64,000 nt of DNA from Candidatus Bathyarchaeia archaeon (GCA_050012255.1 JBEKHN010000003.1:113992-177991); one strand, 5' to 3'. Positions 21,170 through 31,897 are shown, numbered from the stretch's first letter. The notes: generated by a model from the letters alone, not told the origin. Numbers and translations are program-made.

Positions 21170-21883
21170 TCAAGCTTTTGTTCCTTTGCATGAAAAAACA
21201 TATGCGAAGCCTAGGAATCTATCTGAGTAGGCTAGTTTTGGTTCTGTCTGAATTCGATCTAGAATTATGCCAACATCTCCTGAGATTTTTTGCAAATACC
21301 TTAGGGTTACAAAATGATCTTGTGACCTCACACTCAGAAAGCGTTTCCGTATATTGCTAGCCATAAACGTTTTAGCTCCCCAGATGGCGTCACTGCGATT
21401 TAAATTCTTGATTCCTCTAAAAGAACGCTTCAAGTAATATCCTGGTCCGTGATTATAAAACATTAGGAGAGTTCCTTTCCTTGTGAGTAAACGAGAAAAG
21501 ATCCAAAATGCTTTTTTTTCATCAATATACTGGATTACACTGTTACACATAATTACCTCAAAGCTTTCCGGCTGAAAATGTGCCAGTAAGTTTTCATATG
21601 ATTCTTTAAGAAAAGTGCAATTCTTGACTTTACCATCCATCTTAAATTTGGTGGCAAAACCCAACAATGCGTCATCAATATCTGCACCTATAACCAGAGC
21701 CTCAGGGTTCAATCTTGCTGCTGCAAACGTCCATTGGCCAGCGCCGCAGCCTACGTCCAAAATAGTCTTTCTATGTACGATTCCATGCTTCTCTAGCGAT
21801 TTTATATATGGTTCTATGCCGACCGAGAATGCTGATTCAACATAACTGGCGCGCTCTAGATTTTTTTTACCGTCGTCATTCAT
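21170..21883 (-). CDS. Class I SAM-dependent methyltransferase
   Basis: ILDVGCGAG motif I. Confidence 0.88.
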   Translation of the reverse strand: MNDDGKKNLERASYVESAFSVGIEPYIKSLEKHGIVHRKTILDVGCGAGQWTFAAARLNPEALVIGADIDDALLGFATKFKMDGKVKNCTFLKESYENLLAHFQPESFEVIMCNSVIQYIDEKKAFWIFSRLLTRKGTLLMFYNHGPGYYLKRSFRGIKNLNRSDAIWGAKTFMASNIRKRFLSVRSQDHFVTLRYLQKISGDVGIILDRIQTEPKLAYSDRFLGFAYVFSCKGTKA

Positions 21884-22961
21884 CTAGATCCTCTTTAATA
21901 TATGATAAAACACGCGCAATCCGAAGGGAGCGAGAGGCTCTTGCCAAGAATGCTGTACATGAAGGAATGGAGTATACCTTTTCAGGGTTCTTGCCCCCGT
22001 ATTCTTTACTGAAAGCTTCTGCATATTCTTGGGCCGTGACAAAAGCCACATTTGCTTTGTGAGATGCATAGTTCAACAGCCAATCAAGCCTCTGCAGTAC
22101 GTCTTTTGTCCCACCATCAGAACTATGCATATAAATGACAACGCCTACTGGGCTCCAGTCCTCTCTTAAACTGTAGTAATAATCAAATATATTTTCAATT
22201 GGCTTCTTTTCAGAGTAAGGCCATAATACTTTGTTATTTGTGAAAATTAGCGACCTAGGCGACATGCTAATTCTTGGAGGAAGAACAGTTTGTGGTATAA
22301 GCAAGACATTTGAGTCTCCAAGTCTTAACACATTTTCCCTGCTCGGGTGATACGGTTGGTAATATCTAGCTCCAGTCCAATCAGACTTTCCAACTGGTTT
22401 GTAGAATGGAAGATTAATATCTACAGTGTAGCCCAGCTTTTCAAGTATCCTCAGGGTAGTCCCATCTTCGCTTTCTGCCCATCTGCCTGCAACAAAAGTC
22501 TTTGGTCTTATCCCGACACAAGTGCTGATCGCATCAGTGAGCTTTTTCATTAATTCGTCTTGTTCTCGTTCACTAAGCCTGTTTACTGCGTAGTTGTCGA
22601 TACTTGTTATGCCTCCCTTAAATCTCTTGTACTTTACGCCAAAAAAAGTCTCAGGATGTAGATGCGCCCCTACTTCATCTCTTATTCCCGAAACATCATA
22701 GGTTCCAGTGCAAGAATCCTTCAAAGAAAAACCATACACCTTTGAAAGTTCGCAATTTGAGTTCCCGAAGTTTATTGCAACATCTTGGGTAACCACCCAT
22801 GTTACTGGCATCTTATGAGAGTGAGAAATTCTCGCTATCATTGGTAAAGATTTGCCAGTGGCGTCTAAAGGCGGTTCAGTGTGAATAACAAGTGCAAGAT
22901 ATGCCATTTTATCATTCGTAAGAGCCATTTGTACTCTCTTGATAATCTGCAAAGGGTCCAC
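21876..22961 (-). CDS. Polysaccharide deacetylase-like (WalW-like) protein
   Basis: IHTE, EVGAHLHP, FVAGRW, YMHS. Confidence 0.75.
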   Translation of the reverse strand: MDPLQIIKRVQMALTNDKMAYLALVIHTEPPLDATGKSLPMIARISHSHKMPVTWVVTQDVAINFGNSNCELSKVYGFSLKDSCTGTYDVSGIRDEVGAHLHPETFFGVKYKRFKGGITSIDNYAVNRLSEREQDELMKKLTDAISTCVGIRPKTFVAGRWAESEDGTTLRILEKLGYTVDINLPFYKPVGKSDWTGARYYQPYHPSRENVLRLGDSNVLLIPQTVLPPRISMSPRSLIFTNNKVLWPYSEKKPIENIFDYYYSLREDWSPVGVVIYMHSSDGGTKDVLQRLDWLLNYASHKANVAFVTAQEYAEAFSKEYGGKNPEKVYSIPSCTAFLARASRSLRIARVLSYIKEDLDE

Positions 22962-23410
22962 TTATATTCATTTTGAGGGGGTTCTAGTATGCATGCTTTC
23001 CTGCAGAAATGTTCTTTTTGGGTTCTTAGCCTCTAATCTTTGGGAAGAAGTTCCTGCGGAAATTCAGACGAAACTATTTTCTTTTCTATTGATGAGTCTG
23101 CAATTTTTGTGACTGCTTGAAAGATTTTCCTACCAAGTCCCTCCAGAACTTTGCGGGCTCGAATTGTGGGTTCAGGTCGCCTTTAGCTATCAGGTTTGTT
23201 GGCGGTTGTCACCAAAATGGCAATATTCCATGATAATTTCATGAAATGGCTCTTTTTTCCAAACGTCTGTAGAACCGAGAGATTCAACCTCTATTGTTCT
23301 CAACGGTGTTCATGCAAAACAGGAAAAATATTCATTGGTTTCACGCACTCCATTACTAGGTTGAATTTGGAAAACTAAATAACCTTGATAGAATTTTTAG
23401 CTCATGAAGG

Positions 23411-24229
23411 GTGGCGAAGAAAGTGCTGCGTGTTTTGATGGTTCATGACTGCGCATTCGTTGGCCATGAGTTGCGCGAGGCTGTGAACAGCATTTCTAGT
23501 GATGTTCACGTTGAATTGTTACCGTATCCTTTACACACGAAGTTAACGGTTTTTGGGGTTGCATTGAAAATTCGGCGGATAAACCCAGATATTGTGCATG
23601 TTCATTATTGCCGTTATCCAGCATATGCAGCCTTGCTAAGCTTTAAACCCTATATTGTTCACTGTCATGGGACCGACATTCGACATGGAATAAATAGTTG
23701 GCAGAAGCTCTGTTTAAGGAAGGCTCGCAAAGTGTTGGTCGCCACTCCCGATTTGCTTGAAGTTCTGCCAAATGCAACATGGCTTCCCAATCCAATCAAC
23801 TTGGAACATTTCAAACCTCTCAAAGAACACGATGAAAATACGGTGTTATATTTTCCTAAATGGTATGAGGACATAAAGGATGAATTAGATTCGGTTTGTA
23901 GAGAATCTGGTTACACGTTGACAGTGAAGGAAAAACGGGACATTCCTTATGAGGAAATGCCGATTTTCTTAAATCAATTTGGCATTTACGTTGACCGTTT
24001 CGCAATTAAGAGTTATAGCAAGACTGCGTTAGAAGCCATGGCTTGCGGTCTAGCAGTAGTGGGATACAAGCATGATTTAAGGAAAACACTGAAAGATTTG
24101 AAAGACATGAGAAAAAGAGGGACATATGTAAGCGAACAGACGAATTTGATATTGAGTAATCATGAGCGCGGAAAAATCGCGTCGAACTTGCTTGAAATTT
24201 ATGAACGAGCTTACAAGAAATCATATTGA
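23411..24229 (+). CDS. Glycosyltransferase family 4 (short)
   Basis: HCHGTDIR, EAMACGLAVV. Confidence 0.85.
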   Translation: MAKKVLRVLMVHDCAFVGHELREAVNSISSDVHVELLPYPLHTKLTVFGVALKIRRINPDIVHVHYCRYPAYAALLSFKPYIVHCHGTDIRHGINSWQKLCLRKARKVLVATPDLLEVLPNATWLPNPINLEHFKPLKEHDENTVLYFPKWYEDIKDELDSVCRESGYTLTVKEKRDIPYEEMPIFLNQFGIYVDRFAIKSYSKTALEAMACGLAVVGYKHDLRKTLKDLKDMRKRGTYVSEQTNLILSNHERGKIASNLLEIYERAYKKSY

Positions 24230-24288
24230 AGAATAGATTAGGGTCCAAATAGGCAAAATATGTCCTTCAGTCCTGCTATAGCGCGCGC

Positions 24289-24420
24289 CAAGCTCGAGAG
24301 CTTCTAATGAAAGTAATAAAACTGGGAACCTAAAGATCGTATCAGACAACGAGGAAGTCGCCCTCGAATTAGATATTAGATTCATCACCGTTGGAACACC
24401 ATCAGAACGAGACAAGGTGT
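24289..24420 (+). pseudogene. Decayed fragment of a UDP-glucose dehydrogenase gene
   Basis: aacctaaagatcgtatcagacaacgaggaag...ttcatcaccgttggaacaccatca aligns by eye with 26330-26445 of the intact ugd. Confidence 0.75.
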
Positions 24421-24501
24421 AGGTCTTTGATATATAATGTAATAAGTTCCAAAGGAAATGGGCAAGGTTCAAAATGAGAAAGAGGTGTCTCGTCTTAACA
24501 G

Positions 24502-25995
24502 TTAGGTTGCTGTTCGCTTGGTCATGGATTTGATTTCTTGCCATATTGAATTGAACAACGATCTTGCTTCCTTGTCAATAATGGACAGCAACGTAATGTA
24601 GACGACTGTACCCAGTACTGTGAGACTTAGTGTTTCGTATAACCTCGTTGAATGTGGAATTATAAGTAGAATGGCTGCCATAACGGTCGAGCCAAGAATG
24701 TATTTTGCGATGCTTTTCCACGGGATGTCCATCATGATCATTCCTCGTACTATGAAGCATAAAATAAGAAGCGTCGCCAGACTGGCTGACAATTTGATAA
24801 CGCTCACGTAGAGTGCCGAATGTAAAGGGTCGGTTTGTGCGACGGTTAGGATGTAGAACGCTGTTGGCAGGGTTATTGCTGCGCGAACATAGTCGAGGCT
24901 GAACACTTTGAACATACGGCTTTTCGCAAGCTGCTTGAAGGATATTTTTGCTTCTTGATCGAATTTTTCAACTCCGAAAAGTACAGAAGTGAAGAACTGA
25001 AACAAAGTCAAGACTAAGGCGTCCACGGCCAGCACAACGAGTACCGGAGCAGCTCCTGCGTAGGTTTCGTTTAGAGAGCCAATAAACGAGTCTGACATTG
25101 CGATGGACCCCACGGTCATCGGTATGGCAAAGATCAAGACCATTTTGAGGGAAGTTGTGATATCCTTCGTGCTGCTTTTGTCCAGAAGCCTTGGATACAA
25201 GGCGTATGAAAGGAAGAAGGAATAAGTGATTATGTTTGCGATCGTTGCGGCTGCGCCGTAGTTGCCTCTTGCGTCTTTACCTCCATAGGCGAAGAGGAAT
25301 ATGAATACGTATGCAGATATCTGGCCCCCCACAACATAGTAGATGTATCCTGTCGATCCTTTCAGCCATTCTTTCACATATTCCCATCTTGTTTCAATTT
25401 TGAGGTCAGCAGACAGAAGTTTCAAGTAGTATATTATTTGAATCAGAACGGCTGAGACTAAGGCTATTATGGCCCCTAGTAAGGGCTCGTGAAACTGCAC
25501 TATGAGTATGTAAGCAATGACAACTTTGCAAGCTTCTTCAATTAGCAGGCCGTAGCCTACTGCCTGTGGCTTCTTTGCTTGCAAAGTCGCCTCAAATGTG
25601 GTGAGTAAATAGGCTTCTAGTATTTGCGTTGAAGCAATGAAATACAGGGCCAAATATTCCTGCCCTACATGGAGAGCAGTCGTTATCGTTGAAACCAACG
25701 TGAGGTAGAATGCCGTGGCTATCAGGGCCACGATTAGGTTTGATAAAAGACCAGTCTTTACTGCGCCCTTCTTTCCTCGTGCAACAAATCGTACAATCCA
25801 GAAAGGTAAGGCTCCAGCGAAAATCGTGAAGTAAGCTGTGACGTCGAATACGTTGTTCCAGACGCCGTAGCCTGCTTGGTCCGTGTTTCTAGTAATCAGA
25901 AGAGTGAAAATGATGCCAGTTACTACACTCAGTATCTTTGCTGCAAAAATGATGAAGCCTGAATGCCTTAATCTAATGGAGTCCTTGGTCATCAT
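24502..25995 (-). CDS. Polysaccharide/oligosaccharide flippase (Wzx/MOP family)
   Basis: Multi-TM; shares EWLKGS, YPxxL and IPWKSIAKY with 10334-11818. Confidence 0.8.
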   Translation of the reverse strand: MMTKDSIRLRHSGFIIFAAKILSVVTGIIFTLLITRNTDQAGYGVWNNVFDVTAYFTIFAGALPFWIVRFVARGKKGAVKTGLLSNLIVALIATAFYLTLVSTITTALHVGQEYLALYFIASTQILEAYLLTTFEATLQAKKPQAVGYGLLIEEACKVVIAYILIVQFHEPLLGAIIALVSAVLIQIIYYLKLLSADLKIETRWEYVKEWLKGSTGYIYYVVGGQISAYVFIFLFAYGGKDARGNYGAAATIANIITYSFFLSYALYPRLLDKSSTKDITTSLKMVLIFAIPMTVGSIAMSDSFIGSLNETYAGAAPVLVVLAVDALVLTLFQFFTSVLFGVEKFDQEAKISFKQLAKSRMFKVFSLDYVRAAITLPTAFYILTVAQTDPLHSALYVSVIKLSASLATLLILCFIVRGMIMMDIPWKSIAKYILGSTVMAAILLIIPHSTRLYETLSLTVLGTVVYITLLSIIDKEARSLFNSIWQEIKSMTKRTAT

Positions 25996-26175
25996 TCACT
26001 CCTTGATGATTCTTGATGTGTATTTCATCGGTATTTAATGTTGTTTCCTTTTTTTGTTCCAAATGGGATTTTTGTTAGACCTACAGTTTTTTGGTATTTA
26101 CCAGTTTGCATCTGGTGCGAATGCAAAAGTTAATTATCTGCATTTCATTGAAGTCTCTCAAAAAGGAATGAGCAC

Positions 26176-27537
26176 ATGTATAAGCTTTCTTTCGTGGGTT
26201 TAGGTTCTGTTGGACTCTGCACAGCAGTCTGTTTCGCCGAAAAAGGCTACAGAGTCACAGCCTCAGAAATAGACGGGACCAAAGCGAACCAGATAAGAAG
26301 GGGCAACCCTCCCTTCTACGAGCCCAACCTCAATGAACTGCTAAGAAAGGCAATAAGAACTGGAAACCTAAAAATCACATCAAACAACGAGGAAGCTGTC
26401 CTAAAGTCAGATATCACGTTCATCACCGTTGGAACACCATCAAAAACAGATGGAAGCATAAGCCTCAGCTATATAGTAAGTGCCGCAAAAGAGGTCGGCA
26501 AAGCCCTGAAAAAGAAAAACGGTCGGGCAGCTCATCTCGTTGTGGTAAAAAGCACAGTGACTCCAGGCACTACGCAGAATATTGTAATGCCAACAATCGA
26601 AAGGAACAGCGGCCGAAAATCTTGCCAAGGCTTTCTCTTATGCGTCAACCCGGAGTTCCTAAGCGAGGGTAACGCAATTAAAGGTACGCTAAATCCAGAC
26701 TATGTAGTAATAGGAGGATGCAACAAAAGATCAGCGGATATGCTGGAAGATCTCTACAGAGAATTCCACAGCGAAAACTTACCGCCGATAATCAGGACAA
26801 ATATTCCAACCGCGGAGCTCATAAAATACGCAAACAACGCCTTCTTAGCCACAAAAGTAAGCTTCATAAACACTATAGCGAACATATGTGAAAAAACACC
26901 CGGCACAGACGTCAAAAAAATAGCTGAAGCTATAGGAAAAGACCATAGAATAAACCCCTACTTCCTAGACGCAGGCTTGGGCTGGGGAGGAAGCTGCTTC
27001 CCCAAAGACTTGAAAGCTCTAATCAGCTTTTCCAAAGGACTTGGCTATAATCCAGAGTTGATACAAGCGGCATGGAGAGCAAACGAGGACCAGGTAAAGT
27101 TCACGATACAAAAAGCGAGAAAAGAGCTTGGCATACTGAAAGGCAAGAACGTGGCCCTCTTGGGCTTAGCATTCAAACCAAACACGGACGACTTAAGAGA
27201 GGCACGCTCGATAGAATTGATCAAGGGACTCCTGAAAGAAGGAGCAGCGATAACGGCATACGACCCGATGGCAGTTGCCAACACCAGAAAAATCTTCAAA
27301 GGAAAAATAGGCTACGCTTCCTCAGCGATTGAATGTCTAAAAAACGCTGACTGCGCCATACTCGTGACGGAGTGGGAAGAGTTCAAGAAACTGGGTCCAG
27401 AAGACTTCATACGGAACATGCGAAAACCAATTTTAATAGACGGCAGAAGAATCTACGACCCAGAGAAATTCTCGAAAAAACTGCACTACATAGCGGTCGG
27501 CCTCGGAGAACCCGCAGCTTTAATTCCACCCTCCTAA
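26176..27537 (+). CDS. ugd: UDP-glucose/GDP-mannose 6-dehydrogenase
   Basis: GLGSVG, VGTP, KSTV, NPEFL, GWGGSCFPKD, AFKPNTDDLRE. Confidence 0.93.
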   Translation: MYKLSFVGLGSVGLCTAVCFAEKGYRVTASEIDGTKANQIRRGNPPFYEPNLNELLRKAIRTGNLKITSNNEEAVLKSDITFITVGTPSKTDGSISLSYIVSAAKEVGKALKKKNGRAAHLVVVKSTVTPGTTQNIVMPTIERNSGRKSCQGFLLCVNPEFLSEGNAIKGTLNPDYVVIGGCNKRSADMLEDLYREFHSENLPPIIRTNIPTAELIKYANNAFLATKVSFINTIANICEKTPGTDVKKIAEAIGKDHRINPYFLDAGLGWGGSCFPKDLKALISFSKGLGYNPELIQAAWRANEDQVKFTIQKARKELGILKGKNVALLGLAFKPNTDDLREARSIELIKGLLKEGAAITAYDPMAVANTRKIFKGKIGYASSAIECLKNADCAILVTEWEEFKKLGPEDFIRNMRKPILIDGRRIYDPEKFSKKLHYIAVGLGEPAALIPPS

Positions 27538-27560
27538 CCAAAACAACGTGAGGTTCATTT

Positions 27561-28412
27561 TTGCTCAAGAAGGCAGTAATTCCAGCAGCAGGCCTCGGGA
27601 CAAGACTTCTGCCAATAACAAAGGAACTACCGAAAGAGATGCTTCCGATTGTTGCCCTGACGAAAAACGGCAAACTATGCATGAAACCAATGCTACAAGC
27701 GATTTTCGAGCAATTATATGACGTGCGTTTCAGGGAATTTGCCTTTATAGTAGGCAAAGGCAAGCGAGCAATAGAAGACCATTTCTCGCCAGACGAAGAT
27801 TTCATACAATACCTAGAAAGCAAAAATAGAAAAGACAACGCGGAAGAGCTGCAAGATTTCTACAGAAAGATAAACGAGTCAAACATAGTGTTCATAAATC
27901 AACCGAAACCAAAAGGGTTTGGAGATGCCGTTGGGAGAGCAAGCTTATTCACCGGGAGCGAAAAATTCCTGATGCAAGCAGGTGACGACCTAGTCATTTC
28001 ACAAAACAACAATCACCTGAGAAGGGCAACAGAAACCTTTGAAGAATACGACGCAGACACCCTCTTTGTGGTCGAAGAAGTCCCAGACCCTAGAAACTAC
28101 GGCGTTGTGACGGGAAAAGAAATAAAACCTGGCATATTTCAAGTCGCAAACATCGTTGAGAAGCCTCAGAAGCCTCAGTCGAACTTGGCGATAGTTGCCA
28201 TTTACATGTTTAAACCGATAATTTACAAAGCCATCAAGGAAGTAAAACCCGACAAGAACGGAGAAATCCAATTAGCAGAGGCGCTTCAACTATTGATAGA
28301 TTGGAACTGCAAGGTTTTCGGTTTAAAACTAGGATCTGATGAAAAAAGAATAGATATAGGGACAGCCGAATCCTACTTGGAAATGTTGAAGTCTACAGTA
28401 ATAGGCAAATAG
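27561..28412 (+). CDS. galU: UTP-glucose-1-phosphate uridylyltransferase-like sugar-phosphate nucleotidyltransferase
   Basis: KAVIPAAGLGTRLLPITKELPKEML, VEKP, GEIQL. Confidence 0.88.
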   Translation: MLKKAVIPAAGLGTRLLPITKELPKEMLPIVALTKNGKLCMKPMLQAIFEQLYDVRFREFAFIVGKGKRAIEDHFSPDEDFIQYLESKNRKDNAEELQDFYRKINESNIVFINQPKPKGFGDAVGRASLFTGSEKFLMQAGDDLVISQNNNHLRRATETFEEYDADTLFVVEEVPDPRNYGVVTGKEIKPGIFQVANIVEKPQKPQSNLAIVAIYMFKPIIYKAIKEVKPDKNGEIQLAEALQLLIDWNCKVFGLKLGSDEKRIDIGTAESYLEMLKSTVIGK

Positions 28413-29510
28413 TCAAGTTTTCAGGAAGTCCGATATTCTTTCAGAAACGTACTCAACTTCGGGTTCAGTTAAGCCAGGATACATCGGTAGCGAAAGCACT
28501 TCCTGACAGATTTTATCAGTAATCCCCAACGCTGGTTGAGCACCTAAAGCTCCAGTTATGGCTGGCTGCTTATGAATCGGAACTGGATAGTGCACGAGTG
28601 TGGATACGCCGTGTTGCTTCAGGGACTCCGCGAGCTTATCGCGTCTTTTAGTTCTAATCACGTAAAGATGGTAGACATGCTTAGCCCATGTTTCCTCAAC
28701 CGGCGTAGTCACCAACTCTCCTAAGGCTTGGTCATACATTTTTGCGATGTTTCGCCTAGCTTCATTCCATCCTGGAAGCTTCTCCAACTGCTTAATTCCG
28801 ATAGCTGCCTGAATCTCGTTAAACCTTAAATTGTAACCCAACGCGTCGAAGATGTACTTCTCCCGTCTGCCATGATCTCTAAGCATCCTAATCTTCTCTG
28901 CGATTTCTTCATCGTTCGTTACGACAGAGCCGCCGTCACCGCAGACAGTCATGTTCTTTGAGGGGTAAAAGCTGAAACATGCAACATGCCCTATTCCGCC
29001 GACTTTTCGTCCCTTGTATTCTGCCCCGTGAGCTTGGCAAGCGTCCTCAATAACGTGGAGGTCATTTTCTTCCGCTATCTCCAATATTGGGTCCATGTTT
29101 GCAGGATGCCCGAACATATGGACCGGAAATATGGCTTTAGTCCGCTTAGTCACTGTTTCTCTTATTCTTTCAGGATCAGCCGTATAAGTTCTAGCTTCTA
29201 CGTCTACGAAGACTGGTTTGGCTCCGACCTGTATAACTGGCGCAGCGGAAGCTATGAAGGAGAAAGATGGAACTATGACCTCGTCTCCAGCTTTGATATC
29301 CATCGCCAACAATGACAGAAAAATGGCTGCGGTTCCTGAGCTCGCACAGACCGCGTTTTTCACACCGCAGAATTCTGCAAACTTGTCCTCAAACTCCTTA
29401 ACCTTTTCGCGCAGAATATACCATCCGCTGTCTAGAACTTCCGAAACCGTCTTCTTGATAGCATCATCCATGTAGACTTTCGACAGTGGAATGTTCATTT
29501 TCTTCTCCAT
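28413..29510 (-). CDS. DegT/DnrJ/EryC1/StrS sugar aminotransferase (WbpE-like)
   Basis: EDACQAHGA, SFYPSKN, GDGG; true start probably 29510 or 29498 (track 29549). Confidence 0.92.
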   Translation of the reverse strand: MEKKMNIPLSKVYMDDAIKKTVSEVLDSGWYILREKVKEFEDKFAEFCGVKNAVCASSGTAAIFLSLLAMDIKAGDEVIVPSFSFIASAAPVIQVGAKPVFVDVEARTYTADPERIRETVTKRTKAIFPVHMFGHPANMDPILEIAEENDLHVIEDACQAHGAEYKGRKVGGIGHVACFSFYPSKNMTVCGDGGSVVTNDEEIAEKIRMLRDHGRREKYIFDALGYNLRFNEIQAAIGIKQLEKLPGWNEARRNIAKMYDQALGELVTTPVEETWAKHVYHLYVIRTKRRDKLAESLKQHGVSTLVHYPVPIHKQPAITGALGAQPALGITDKICQEVLSLPMYPGLTEPEVEYVSERISDFLKT

Positions 29511-30178
29511 GAGTAGACCTCTCCCCGCTTGTAAAGCCCTAAGGGGCATTCTAGCTCTTCAACTTTTCTGGTTATCCTGGCAGGGTTGCCTATGACCACT
29601 CTTTCAGGTGGCACATCGTGTGTCACAACTGATCCGGCTCCGACAAGCGAGTTTTCGCCAATGACTATTCCTGGCAGGATAACAGCTCCTGCTCCGACGA
29701 CAGCGTTCTTGTTTACTATGGGTCCTTGAAGGCATTCTTTCCCGCGAACAGGAGCATATTTCTTGAACGCCGGACATGGCGGATGTAACACGTTTGTCAT
29801 GATGACACCCGGCCCAATCCAAGCTCCCTCTTCAAGAATAGTGTATTCCGGTATGAAGCAGGCCGAATGAATTCTGACATTGTCCATTATGTCACATTCA
29901 CGTTCTATGACAGACATTGACCCGACGCTGACGTTGTTGCCTATCCTGTTTTTCTCCCTTATTCTAGCACCGTCTCCCGTGCGAAAGCTGTTTCCAATAG
30001 TATTTCCAGCATAGATTATTGTCCCAGACCTGATAATGGGAAAGTCGCCAATAACCAGTTCCATTTCATCAGCTTCAGCTCCAACGGGCGGCTTGCCTAA
30101 GATTGCAAAGTCCTCGATGATGGGGTCTTTTCCTATTTTAACGTGTTCATAAATCACAACATTCTTACTTACTTTCAT
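29495..30178 (-). CDS. Hexapeptide-repeat sugar N-acetyltransferase (WbpD-like)
   Basis: Left-handed beta-helix repeats, VGAGSVVTHDV, GNPAR. Confidence 0.88.
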   Translation of the reverse strand: MKVSKNVVIYEHVKIGKDPIIEDFAILGKPPVGAEADEMELVIGDFPIIRSGTIIYAGNTIGNSFRTGDGARIREKNRIGNNVSVGSMSVIERECDIMDNVRIHSACFIPEYTILEEGAWIGPGVIMTNVLHPPCPAFKKYAPVRGKECLQGPIVNKNAVVGAGAVILPGIVIGENSLVGAGSVVTHDVPPERVVIGNPARITRKVEELECPLGLYKRGEVYSWRRK

Positions 30179-31208
30179 CTATCCTCACGCTTCTCTTTAA
30201 CCGGGCAGATTCTAACGCTTTCTCTGCTATCATTATTGTTCTTAATGCTACTTGGTCGTTGGCTAATGGTTTCCTTCCAGTCTTAATACATTCTACAAAA
30301 TCCTTAAGTTCAAGTCTAAGCGGCTCCTCGAATTTTACACCAACATCTGATGAACCTTTGTCCACTGCTTTCAACGTGTCATTCTGTTCTTCGACGTGAA
30401 GGTCATGAACGACTATCGTTTGTCTTGCAAGATCCGAGGTTAAGCTTTTTTTGCTTCCAACGACTGTCAGGTCTCGATAATCTCCAGGCGGCAGCCAGCC
30501 ACTCTCAATAATTCCCAAGGCGCCGTTGCTATATTTTAAGACAGTAATCGCCAAATCCTCGAATTCTTTCCTTCCCAGAAAATGGGCCGTTTTACAAGTA
30601 GCTTCTTCTGGAATTTCATCAAACAAATAGTCGTAGATGTCAATATGGTGTATCGCAAAATTTAACAATGCGCCTAGCTCTGCTCTTGGGTCTTTAAAAC
30701 CCATGTAGTGTCCAAACATGTAGTAGATTTTTCCAAGTTCGCCGCTTCTGATCAATTCTTTGATTTTTTTCACGGCTGCGTTGTATCTGAAAATATGCCC
30801 CACCATCAGAATTCTGTTGCGTTTAGCCGCGAACTTAACCAGCTTCCTTGCGTCAGAATAACATGTGGTTAGCGGTTTCTCAACCAAAACATGCTTCCCA
30901 GATGCTAGACACTCTTTGCATATTTCGAAGTGAGTGTCAGAAGGGGTTACCACATCCACTGCGTCTGCTTCACTATTTAGAAAGTCAGCCAGGTTTGAGG
31001 TTGTTGAAACGCCATAGGTCTTTTTAATGCTCTCCAAGACCTCAACTCGTTTATCCACGACTCCGTAAAGTGTGCATAACCCATCATCTTCCAGCTCCTT
31101 TAATACGCGTAAATGATTCTTTCCGAATCTCCCGACGCCAACAAGGACGATTTTCGGTTTCGTTGAAATTCCTCCAATCCTTCTTATTTCCTCAAAGACT
31201 ATTTCCAC
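30165..31208 (-). CDS. Gfo/Idh/MocA oxidoreductase (WbpB-like)
   Basis: GVGRFG, VEKP, VGHIFRYN. Confidence 0.9.
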   Translation of the reverse strand: MEIVFEEIRRIGGISTKPKIVLVGVGRFGKNHLRVLKELEDDGLCTLYGVVDKRVEVLESIKKTYGVSTTSNLADFLNSEADAVDVVTPSDTHFEICKECLASGKHVLVEKPLTTCYSDARKLVKFAAKRNRILMVGHIFRYNAAVKKIKELIRSGELGKIYYMFGHYMGFKDPRAELGALLNFAIHHIDIYDYLFDEIPEEATCKTAHFLGRKEFEDLAITVLKYSNGALGIIESGWLPPGDYRDLTVVGSKKSLTSDLARQTIVVHDLHVEEQNDTLKAVDKGSSDVGVKFEEPLRLELKDFVECIKTGRKPLANDQVALRTIMIAEKALESARLKRSVRIDESK

Positions 31209-31383
31209 GCCTATATTATTGATGTTCCTGATTCCTAAATTGGCAATTGAGGCGCGTGCTCAGTCATCGTCCGGGCGACTTCGCCATTTGTCAAGGGTTT
31301 TCAACCTCAAGCAGAAACGAGAAGTAAATCGCCAAACTATTTAAACTTCATGCGGCCTACATTGAGCGTAAAGGGAAAGACGT

Positions 31384-31896
31384 ATGTCTGAACCGCGGCT
31401 AGGAAAAGGAGTCATAATCGGCAAGAATGTCCAGTTCGGTAAGGATGTTGTTGTTTGGAATTATGTCGTCATCGGTGACAACACAAGAGTTGGGAACGGA
31501 ACGCGCATTGGAAGCTTCTGCGACATAGGCAGAGATGTCCTCATAGGAGAAAACTGCGTCATACAAGCTCACGTAACGATCTCAAACGAATGCAGGCTTG
31601 GCAACAACGTTTTCATAGGTCCGAACAGCAGCCTGCTAAACGACAAGTTCCCGCACAGTGTATTCTTAACGCCATCAATAATAGAAGACAACGTCGTAAT
31701 CGGTGGATGTGTCACAATACTCCCAAACGTGACTGTAAACGAAGACGCAGTGGTGGCTGCTGGAAGCGTAGTGACAAAGGATGTACCGCGTCAAACCTTG
31801 GTGAAAGGCGTACCGGCAGAAACAATGATGACAAAAAAGGAATATGAAGCAAGAAGAAAAACATTTGTCAAAACAGAAAAAGGCAAAAAGCCTTAG
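31384..31896 (+). CDS. Hexapeptide-repeat acyltransferase
   Basis: LbH repeats, NDKFP, AAGSVVTKDVP, GVPA. Confidence 0.88.
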   Translation: MSEPRLGKGVIIGKNVQFGKDVVVWNYVVIGDNTRVGNGTRIGSFCDIGRDVLIGENCVIQAHVTISNECRLGNNVFIGPNSSLLNDKFPHSVFLTPSIIEDNVVIGGCVTILPNVTVNEDAVVAAGSVVTKDVPRQTLVKGVPAETMMTKKEYEARRKTFVKTEKGKKP

Positions 31897-31897
31897 A

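Noticed and set aside
22962-23410. 450-bp spacer as hidden gene or RNA
   Set aside because: No convincing ORF, repeat or structure; probably decayed sequence plus divergent promoters
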